Position numbers and translations under genes: made by a program
Shown: positions 36,144 to 43,867 of the stretch, in pieces
How positions within the stretch are numbered: the first letter of the stretch is position 1
Layout: each line of letters starts with the position of its first letter
Notes under the pieces: model-generated
Databases searched by the model: none
Seen by the model: only the letters and a program-made list of their open reading frames with translations
What the model was told of the DNA's origin: nothing
From: an uncultured bacterium
GTDB taxonomy: Bacteria > Patescibacteriota > Minisyncoccia > UBA6257 > 2-01-FULL-56-20
Length of the DNA: 43,867 bases
Assembly (NCBI GenBank): GCA_963830935.1
Contig: CAWHOC010000002.1
Coordinates: forward strand, 1-43,867
Direction of reading: 5' to 3'

Positions 36144-37147
36144 ATGAAAACAAGGTCATTGCTCACGCTCGACCATATCGCAAGCACCGGAATCCTCATT
36201 CCAGGCATGGCAGGAGTTCGTCGCTGGAAAGCAGAAGCGGATCGACGTGCAGGCATCTGCGCACCTGACAACGCGATTGCGCTTCATCGAGAGATCATTT
36301 CTCGACTCGATCGCCACGGGCCATACAATGGCGCTTTCAGCATCAGCGATCCGAAGCCACGCAACATTCACAAAGCCCTCGTGCGCGTCCGATTGCTGCA
36401 TCACGCGATCTACCGAAAACTCTATCCATTTTTTGATCGGACGTTCATCGCACACTCGTATTCCTGTCGAGAAAATAAGGGGACACAAAAGTACCCCATT
36501 GCTTCGATGCGTTTGCTCGTCGCGTGAGCCAAAACCATACGCGCACAGTATGGGTGCTGAAATGCGATGTCCGCAAGTTCTTTGCGAGCATCGACCATGA
36601 GATATTGCTGGGCATCTTGCAGCGCCGTATTCCCGACGATGAGGTCTTCTGGCTTTTGCGTGAGATCATCGAGAGCTTTTAGATTCGACGCGTCCGGGCG
36701 TTGGGCTGCCACTTGGTAACCTCACCTCGCAACTCCTCGTAAACGTTTACATGGACGAGTTCGATCAGTTTGTAAAACGTGATCTTGGAGTCAAATACTA
36801 TGTTCGCTACGCCGATGATTTTGCGATTTTCTCGCAAGACAAAATATGGCTCGTAGAGATGTTGACGCGGATCAAAATGTTTTTCGAGAACCGTTTGCAT
36901 CTTACTCTTCATCCCGATAAAATCTCCATTACGAGCTTCGCATCCGGTAGATTTTCTGGATGGGTCCATTTTCCTGATCATCGGGTCTTGCGTACCACGA
37001 CCAAGCGTCGGATGTTCAAACGGATCGAACAGCATCCGTACCCGCAAACCATCGCATCGTACGTGGGAATGCTGACAATATGGCAACGCAAAAAACCTTT
37101 CTGACAAAATCGAGGTTCTTTATCCACATGTTTCGGAGGGAATGTGA
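36144..37147 (+). CDS. DGR-type reverse transcriptase; at least 7 frameshifts as written
   Basis: Motifs, spread over three frames: AWQEFVAGKQKRIDVQ; FSISDPKPRNIHKA; RLLHHAIYRKLYPFFDRTFIAHSYSCRENKGT; VLKCDVRKFFASIDHEIL; GLPLGNLTSQLLVNVYMDEFDQFVK; YVRYADDFAIF; LHPDKISI; GWVHFPDHRVLR; GMLT(H)GNAKNLSDKIEVLYPHVSEGM stop at 37145-37147. Confidence 0.85.
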
Positions 37148-37460
37148 AAACGTCCTACTTCTCCGCGTATTACCAAAGACGAATATGACAAAAAGCTGCA
37201 AGACCTCAAGGATCGGCAGTACCGGCTCAATCTCGAACTCGACGAACACACAAAAGCCGATCACGAGTACCACATCCACGTATCCACGGTAATAAATCTG
37301 TGCCGTCGCATCCGCATCATCTTCGAAGGTTCGGAAGTAAGCGAAAAACACGCAATTATCAATTTCGTACTATCGAACCTATCGGTAACCGACAGAAAAC
37401 TCAAGTATTCCTTACGTAAACCATTCGATGCAGTGCTCGATTTAGCACTATCGTCCAACT
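37148..37460 (+). pseudogene. remnant (C-terminal ~100 aa) of a large serine recombinase
   Basis: The frame opens right after the RT stop: ITKDEYDKKLQDLKDRQYRLNLELDEHTKADHEYHIHVSTVINLCRRIRIIFEGSEVSEKHAIINFVLSNLSVTDRKLKYSLRKPFDAVLDLA. This matches the conserved C-terminal helical region of large serine recombinases (..EK+..+NFVLSN......L....+PFD). No catalytic N-terminal domain is present. Confidence 0.65.
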
Positions 37461-37461
37461 T

Positions 37462-37488
37462 TGCTCCGCGACCAGGACTCGAACCTGG
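37462..37488 (-). repeat. partial tRNA-Asn copy (T-arm + 3' acceptor strand, 27 nt)
   Basis: tgctccgcgaccaggactcgaacctgg is identical to 37505-37531. Confidence 0.9.
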
Positions 37489-37506
37489 GAATGTTTTATC
37501 AACCTG

Positions 37507-37578
37507 CTCCGCGACCAGGACTCGAACCTGGAACCATCGCCTTAACAGGGCGCCGCTCTACCATTGAGCTATCGCGGA
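37507..37578 (-). tRNA. tRNA-Asn (anticodon GTT)
   Basis: TCCGCGA TA GCTC AATGGTA GAGC G GCGCC CTGTTAA GGCGA TGGTT CCAGG TTCGAGT CCTGG TCGCGGA G. Canonical cloverleaf, G73 discriminator, CCA not encoded. Confidence 0.9.
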
Positions 37579-37603
37579 GCAGGGTGATAAAAACAAATTT
37601 TTA

Positions 37604-37729
37604 AACCAATCGCCTTACTATCGGCAGCGAGACCGATAATGAAAAATGCTTTTCATTATCGTCGAGCGAACCGATAGGCAAAATCATTATTTTGCACAGG
37701 GCGCCGCTCTACCATTGAGCTATCGCGGA
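37604..37729 (-). pseudogene. disrupted second tRNA-Asn copy: 5' half (37696-37729), 78-nt structured insert in the anticodon (37618-37695), 14 nt of the 3' anticodon stem/variable region (37604-37617); T-arm missing
   Basis: 37696-37729 is identical to 37545-37578. TAAGGCGATTGGTT matches TAAGGCGATGGTT of the intact gene. The insert folds into a 7-bp hairpin plus a 7-bp stem enclosing a 12-bp hairpin. Confidence 0.75.
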
Positions 37730-37852
37730 ATGATTTCTAACGGTTTGATTGTAGCAAGCGCAACAAAAAAATTCAACTGGTTTTTTGAGCAAGATTCAGG
37801 CGCGTCCGGAGGCGCAAAATCACGAAAATCGGCAAAGAGCACGGGAATGTTC

Positions 37853-38504
37853 CTATCCCGATTGCTGGGGGATCGCGACGTCAAGGCCGCCGTCGGTGGT
37901 GGTCGTGACTTCAAAATAGATATTCGATGTTCCGCCCGTCATGAGAAGGAACGGCGTATTCGCGGGATCGACCGTAAAGGTCAAGGGTTCGCTCGGGATA
38001 GAGTCGTGTTCGGCGTTCCTTCGCATGTGCTCGTGCTCGAGCGGGAAATTCGTTGTCGGTGGGCGAAGTGGGCGCGGCCATATCGCCTTGCTCATCGGAA
38101 ATGAGGCGGAGGTTGATCGGGACGCATTGCGGGATCTCGCCCACGGTAACATTCACGAGGAGCGTGAGTTCGTTGCCGGTGAGCGTCGCTCCCGAGATGG
38201 CGAATGATGATTGTCCTTCCGACCAGGTGACGGGATAGGGCGCGGAGAAATTCGAAGAGAACGTTCCGAAAGCGTCGAAGCGTCCGAGCTCGCTGGCGCT
38301 TGCCGAGGGCGAGGATGAAGATGCCGTGGAAGAGGGGAATATGAACGTCGCGGCCGAAGAGCTTCGGAGATGTCGCGGCGTTGTTCGGCTGGACGACCTG
38401 GGTGCCCGTCGCCGAAGATGACGAAATAGGCGCTGATGCCGAGAACGACTGCGATACACGACAAGAACGCCGAGAACGATTTTGAGATTGATTTTTCCGT
38501 TCAT
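37853..38504 (-). CDS. secreted/membrane-anchored hypothetical protein; at least 2 frameshifts
   Basis: Starts MNGKINLKIVLGVLVV, then a hydrophobic anchor in a second frame. Later ..VTWSEGQSSFAISGATLTGNELTLLVNVTVGEIPQCVPINLRLISDEQG.., and ..LTFTVDPANTPFLLMTGGTSNIYFEVTTTTDGG in a third ORF. Confidence 0.45.
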
Positions 38505-38584
38505 GGTAGATGGTATTTATTTTACCACATAACGAAAAATCCGGCCGTGTGGCGGGCGCAAGTATTTTATGCGCCGCGCGTTAT

Positions 38585-40886
38585 TTATATGCCGAGCTTC
38601 GCTTTGTCTTCGGCGGGAATGTCGTCGATTTCGCACACGCCGCCGACGCACGCAAGCTCTTTTTTCACGTCGGTCATATCCTCATGCTCGTAGAGCAGGA
38701 TCTGCGAATAGTCGATCTTCGGCATCTTGGCGATCATTTCTTCGTAGCGTTCTTTCGTGATCTCTTCATACGGCGCGAGCAGATAGGAATATTCTTCGCG
38801 CGGCAGGAAGGAAAGTCCGCCGATGATGTCCCAGTTCTCGTAGAGCCAGTTCGCGACCTCGACCCATTCGTTCGCGCCGACGGAGATCGTCGTCGGAAGG
38901 ATTGTGTTCGGTGTAGTTCATTTTCACCATCTTCCAATATTCGAGCTGTTCGAGCGCGGTGACTTCGTTTTTCGTGAGCGTCTCGTCCGGCGCCTTCACT
39001 GGAAATTCAACACATAGGTGTTCGCGGATGCGAGCGATTGGCCGACCTCCGGGAAGTAGGGAACTTTCTGGTCCTTCATCATCTGGAAGAGCGCGTCGGT
39101 CGCCATGATGCGGACGCGGCGGATGTAATACTTCGCGTGCCGCGGGTGGAGGCCGGACGCCGAATCAACGGTTTGCGAAACGGTGCCGGACGGTTTCACG
39201 CAGGTGACGGCGGTCGACTGGTTGATGCCGAAACGCTTCGCGTATTCTTTGTTCACTTCGATCGGCGTGGTCGCGGAGCTTGCGCAGAGGTGTCGCGTTC
39301 CGCACGGCGGGGCAATCCAACTGGCCGGTGAGCGAAACGCCGAGGAGACGTTCCTCTTCGCAGTTCTTCTTCCATTCTTTGGAGAGGTAGGGGAAGTTGG
39401 TGAGCGTTGATTGATAGGTGCCGAGAATGGTCGCGATGCGGATTTTCTGCAAGCAGCGTTTCTTCGGTATCTTCCTTGCGGCAGACGACCTCGGAAAGAT
39501 TGCAGAACTGCTTGGATTGAAGCAGGATCTCGCCGCAGGGATTCGCGCCGATCGGTGTAGATGCGCGTCGCCCAGGATCTTCGATGCGCCGCGCGGGCAT
39601 CTGCTTCGCGAGGCTGCCGCGGTTGAAAATGCCGCGTTCGCCGGTCTGGCTTTTGACGAGGGAGAGCCATTCTTCGAGGAACTGTTCGGCGGTCGGTTTC
39701 TCGGTATAGACCGCGGAATTGTTCGCCATGACGCGCTGCGGTTCGGTGTTCCAGAATTGGCCGGTTTTCGCGCCGCGCATCTGCTTCGTCGTCGAGGTCG
39801 GAAAGCGAGATCATGGCCGAGCGGCGGACGCCGCCCGCGACGACGCACATGCCGATCTTGCAGCAGATATCATGGACATCAATGTTGGAAAGCCGCTTGC
39901 CTTGCTTCCCAAGTATCTTTCGCGCGCGAAAGTAAGGAGCTGGCGCAACGGTTCCGGGCCGGAGCTTGTGCCGCCCATGGTCTTGAGCCGCGCGCCCGCG
40001 GGACGGATCTTCGAATAATCAAAATCAATGTCTTTGCCGTCGAACCACGTTTTGAGGCCGAGCGTGAGCGCGTCGCGCCCATCCCTCCTTACTGTCTTCG
40101 ACGACATGCGTCGCCAATTTTTTTCCGGTCTGTTTTTTGATGTGCGGGAGCTCTCCGACGTTCTGGCTTTCCACCGAAAAGCCGACGCCCGGTGCCGGAC
40201 ATCGAGATGTACATGATCTCGGCGAAGTCTTCGATCTTCGCCGGCGCAGTGAACGAACAATTGTATGCGGTGATGTTGAATCACGCGCGCCGCCTTTCCG
40301 GCAAACTGGAACAGGCGCATGGACGGCATCGCCTCCTGGTTGAGGATCGCCTGGCGCACCTCTTCGTATTCGGCGTCGGTCAGTTTGTTGCCGAGATTTT
40401 CTTTCATGAAGTCGACATAGCGCTCCGACGGTCTCGATCCATGTTTCGCGGCGCCCCTCTTCCTCGATCCATCGCGAATAGGTGCGGAGGTAGACGAACT
40501 CCGCGAGCGGGTTCTTGAAATATTTTTTGCTCTCGTCGAAAAGATGTTTTGACGTGCTCCGGAACCTCCTGCTTTTTTGCGCGGATCGCGGCGCGGTCGT
40601 TGCGGTAGAGGATGTACGCTTTCGCGGTCTTCGCGTAGTCCATCACGATGAGCTCGGTCTCGACGACGTCCTGGATCTCTTCGATCGTCGGAATGTGTTC
40701 TTCGGGGAACTTCCGATTGAGCTCCGCAACGACGCGGTCGGAAACTTTTTCCGCTTCTTCGTGCGTTCCCTCGCCCGTGACGCTCATCGCTTTCGCGATA
40801 GCGTTCAAGATGCGATTTTCGTCGAACGGCACGATGCGGCCGTCCCTTTTTTTGACCTGCACGAGATGATTTTTTGAAAAAATCAT
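38585..40886 (-). CDS. nrdJ: class II (adenosylcobalamin-dependent) ribonucleoside-triphosphate reductase with an N-terminal ATP-cone; 11 frameshifts as written
   Basis: The protein can be tiled through 11 frame changes: VQVKKRDGRIVPFDENRILNAIAKA (ATP-cone); FKNPLAEFVYLRTYSRWIEEEGRRETWIETV; ERYVDFMKENLG; FNITAYNCSFTAP; GVGFSVE; IRPAGARLKTMGGTSSGPEPL; VVAGGVRRSAMISLSDLDD; NPCGEILLQSKQFCNLSEVV; TCVKPSGTVSQ; C-terminal CVGGVCEI. Confidence 0.85.
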
Positions 40887-41270
40887 AATGAAGATGATGT
40901 TGGTCCGCGCAAAAATTCATTTTTCCTTTCCCCGTGGCCGCGTCATCATTCAGAAAACGCTCTCGAAAGTATCATCGTGAAGGAAAACATACTTTCGAGA
41001 TAGTTTTCTTGATGGATGGATTTTTGATCTTGTCTTGGGACTGAGAACCGCGATGCGCGCGGTTTCTGAAATTTTTGTGCGGCTATTAATTTTTTATTTC
41101 GACATAGCCATTGTAGCACAGGTGCAAGCTGTGCATAACTCGCCAGGACCCATAAATGCACCGCTTTTATGGTTCCGTCAAAAGATGTTGGAATAGAAAT
41201 GAAAAATAAAGGGTTTTTCTTTCCGGAAGACTTCTCGGGTCTCGCACGGGTGAAATGTTATAATGACAAC

Positions 41271-43062
41271 ATGGCTAAAGTGTCAAATCATGACGTTGCC
41301 GGGATGCTCCGCGAGATCGGGGAGCATCTTGCGATGAAAAATATTCCGTTCAAGCCGCGCGCGTACGAAAAAGCCGCGGGCGTGGTCGATGGACTCGAAG
41401 AAGAGGTTGCGGAGATCTATAAAACCGGCGGAAAAAAAGCGCTCGAAGCGATCCCCGGCGTCGGAATTTCCATCGCGGAAAAGATAGAAGAGTTTTTAAA
41501 GACCGGCCATGTGAAATATTTGGAGGGACTTGAGCGAAAAACGCCGGTCGATCTTGCGGGATTGTCGCGCGTCGAGGGATTGGGACCGAAATCGATCAAG
41601 ACGCTCTATCAAAAATTGGATATCCGGACCGTTGCGGAGCTTGAAGCGGCGGCGAAGGCGGGAAAGATCGCGAAGCTCGAAGGATTCGGCGAAAAAAAAG
41701 AAGAAAATATTTTAAAGGGCATCGGTTTCGCGAAATCTTCCGGCGGACGGTTCGTGCTCGGATTTGAAATGGCGGAGATCCGCGGGATCGAAAAAAGATT
41801 GCGGGATTTGCGTGACGTGAAAAAAGTTATCGTCGCCGGTTCGGCGCGGCGACGGAAAGAAACGATCGGCGACGCGGACATCCTCGCGGTTTCGAAAAAT
41901 CCGAAACCGATGATGGATTTTTTTACGGCGATGCCGGAGGTGGTGAACGTGATCGCGCACGGTGCGACGAAATCATCCGTGAAATTGAAATCGGGGATCA
42001 ACGTCGATCTTCGCGTCGTCGAAGAAAAATCCTATGGCGCGGCGCTCAATTATTTTACGGGATCGAAAGATCACAATGTTGCGTTGCGGCGCATCGCGAT
42101 GGCGAAAGGTTTGAAGTTGAACGAGTACGGATTGTTCCGCGGAGAAAAAATGATCGCGGGAAAAACGGAAGAGGAAATTTATAAAAAGTTTGGGATGGAT
42201 TACATCGAGCCCGAACTTCGGGAAAATACCGGCGAGATAGAGGCGGCGAAAAAACATGCACTGCCGAAATTGATCGGCTACGAAGATCTGCTGCGGCGAT
42301 CTTCAGGTGCAAACAAATTGGACGGACGGATCGGATTCGATCGAGTCGATGGCGAAAGCGGCGATGGCCCGCGGCTTGAAATATATTGCGATCACCGATC
42401 ACACGAAACGCTTGGCGATGACGCACGGCCTGGATGAGAAACGTATCATGGAGCAGATGGCGGAGATCGACCGCGCTGAATAAAAAATTGAAAGGGAAGA
42501 TAACGATCTATTAAAGGGAAGCGAGTGCGACATTCTGAAGGATGGCACGCTCGATCTGCCGGACAAAATCCTTGAAAAGCTCGATATGGTAGGCGTTTCG
42601 GTCCATTCCTACTTCAATCTGCCGCGCGAGGAGCAGACAGAGCGCATAAAACGGGCCATGGCGAACCCGAACGTCGATATTCTGTTCCATCCCGACCGGC
42701 CGGTTATAAACCGCCGCCCGGCCTATGACGTTAATATAGAGGAGCTTGTCGCGACCGCCAAGAAGACGGGAACGATCATGGAAATAGATGCTTTTCCGGA
42801 CCGGCTGGACCTGAAAGATGAGCATATCCGGCTTTGCGTGGAGGCCGGCGTCAAAATGGCGATAGATTCCGACGCCCACGCACCGGCGCATTTCCCATAT
42901 CTCGAATACGGCATCGCGCAAGCGAGAAGGGGATGGGCGGAAAAAAAAGATATCATAAACGCCTGGCCGGTCGAAAAGATGCTGAAGTTTCTGAAGAAGA
43001 AATTCCCAAAATATGTCATCTCCGCGAAGACGGAGAATACCATGCTATTGCATCTTTCCTAA
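41271..43062 (+). CDS. polX: family X DNA polymerase with a C-terminal PHP domain; 3 frameshifts (~42293, ~42474, ~42512)
   Basis: HhH motifs (IPGVGISIAEKI, VEGLGPKSIKTL). Pol beta-like nucleotidyltransferase (AGSARRRKETIGDADIL). PHP motifs (GDLQVQTNWTDGSDS, ITDHTK, SVHS, DSDAH). Confidence 0.85.
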
Positions 43063-43116
43063 AAGCACGGATGGCTCGCCGTCGCACCAAGACAAGAAGA
43101 ATGGTATAATTATTTC

Positions 43117-43664
43117 ATGAAAGAAGAATCCTCCTACGAAAAATACCGCCAAAAAAGCAGGTCGTTGCCGGATTTGTTATTTTTCGGCGCACACGGATGG
43201 CATAAAATTTTTACTGCTGTATCGCCGCGGCAGTTATTGGAATTTCCCGAAGGGACATTTCAAGCCGGGCGAACGGACGATCGACGCCGCGCTTCGCGAG
43301 CTGGAAGAGGAGACCGGGATCAAAAAATCGGAACTGCGCATCGTGCCGAACTTCCGCGCGTACGAAAGGTTTCATTTTCAGGTCGGCAATGAACGGATTT
43401 TCGATACGGTAATTCTGTTCCTCGCGGAAACCCACAAGGCGGAGATCAAGATCGAGCCGCGCGAGCACAGCGGCTATGGATGGTTCCTGCCGCGCGATGC
43501 GTCGGAGCGTCATCGGGAAAAAATATGAGGATACGCGAAAAGTGTTGCGGCAGGCAAACACCTTCCTTGTTGAACGCAGTCGACGTTTTCGCCGCCATCC
43601 CGCGGAACCTACACCAGCGAAGGAAGTGAAAGAAATAAAGGAGAGACCAAAAAATCCGCAGTAA
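43117..43664 (+). CDS. Nudix hydrolase; at least 2 frameshifts
   Basis: Nudix box GHFKPGERTIDAALRELEEETGI is found in a frame different from the ATG 43117 ORF. The C-terminal parts lie in the 43343 and 43476 ORFs. Confidence 0.7.
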
Positions 43665-43675
43665 GCGGATTTTTT
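43649..43675. terminator. bidirectional rho-independent terminator between the Nudix gene and rplT
   Basis: aaaaaatccgc-loop-gcggatttttt. Confidence 0.7.
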
Positions 43676-43684
43676 GATGCGAAG

Positions 43685-43867
43685 TTATTTTACGGACGCG
43701 AGGATCTTTTTGAAGACTTTCGGTTCATGTTCGGCGAGATCGGCAAGGATCTTCCGTATCGAGCGCAATCTTGCTCTTCTTGAGCGCCGGCGATCAACTT
43801 GCTGTAGGACATGCTTTCTTCGCGGCTTGCCGCATTGATCTTCACGCTCCACAGCCGACGAGCATTC
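43685..43867 (-). CDS. rplT: 50S ribosomal protein bL20, 3' part (runs off the right edge); one frameshift (~43770)
   Basis: ARRLWSVKINAASREESMSYSKLIAG, then in another frame LKKSKIALDRKILADLAEHEPKVFKKILASVK stop. Confidence 0.75.
   Translation of the reverse strand, partial: ECSSAVEREDQCGKPRRKHVLQQVDRRRSRRARLRSIRKILADLAEHEPKVFKKILASVK

Larger units (their letters stand above)
34596..37147 (+). other. diversity-generating retroelement (DGR) cassette: target/VR - TR - avd (antisense) - RT
   Basis: See the component features below. TR/VR mismatches are adenine-specific and the RT has DGR-type motifs. Confidence 0.85.

Noticed and set aside
36144-37147. Reverse transcriptase as a retron or group II intron RT.
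   Set aside because: A cognate TR/VR pair with adenine-specific mismatches and an Avd-like gene are present, and the motif 4 region is GLPLGNLTSQ (DGR-type). No intron domain V/VI-like RNA structure, maturase X domain or msr/msd-type inverted repeats were seen.
37618-37695. 78-nt insert in the tRNA-Asn fragment as a group I or archaeal-type tRNA intron.
   Set aside because: It is too short for a group I intron. It sits between anticodon positions 35 and 36 rather than at 37/38. The host copy lacks a T-arm, so it cannot yield a functional tRNA.
39811-40920. 369-aa Arg-rich ORF and other ORFs in 38.5-40.9 kb treated as separate genes.
   Set aside because: Their protein-like stretches are consecutive fragments of one class II ribonucleotide reductase read in three frames. 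The Arg-rich stretches between them are out-of-frame translation.
1-43867. CRISPR arrays, rRNA genes, IS elements with transposase.
   Set aside because: Read-through of both strands showed no regularly spaced direct repeats, no rRNA-like conserved stretches and no transposase-like ORFs. The only recombinase-like sequence is the truncated serine recombinase at 37148-37460.

Overview
This 43.9-kb window looks like a metagenome-type contig from a small-genome, Patescibacteria/CPR-like bacterium. That lineage call is an inference from gene content only.

Layout:
- nt 1-2.5 kb is a roughly 65% GC block with three poorly characterised genes. It ends in a 5'-truncated alpha/beta hydrolase.
- The rest is about 40-60% GC. 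It carries housekeeping genes: hisS, rpsU-yqeY-ybeY, ftsA-ftsZ, rmuC, galU, a class II ribonucleotide reductase, polX, a Nudix hydrolase and the rplT 3' end.
- It also carries a two-component system followed by an unusual terpene-synthase-like fusion protein, and a complete cyoABCDE quinol-oxidase operon with a foreign AT-rich gene wedged between cyoA and cyoB.

Most notable locus (34.6-37.7 kb): a diversity-generating retroelement (DGR).
- The parts are a target gene with a 3' variable repeat (VR), a template repeat (TR), an Avd-like gene on the opposite strand, and a DGR-type reverse transcriptase.
- 15 of the 16 TR/VR mismatches sit at TR adenines.
- The cassette directly abuts a remnant of a large serine recombinase and a tRNA-Asn locus carrying two extra partial tRNA-Asn copies. 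This suggests a decayed integrative element.

Major caveat: the sequence as written contains at least 35 frameshifts, including in essential genes (hisS, ftsZ, nrdJ, rplT). Several lie in short homopolymers. Their density is very uneven: none in about 16-30 kb, roughly one per 150-250 nt in 34.6-43.9 kb. Consensus indel error is the most likely cause.

I therefore give full-span gene calls and note the frameshifts. Frameshift positions are approximate, by-eye estimates. No rRNA genes or CRISPR arrays were seen.
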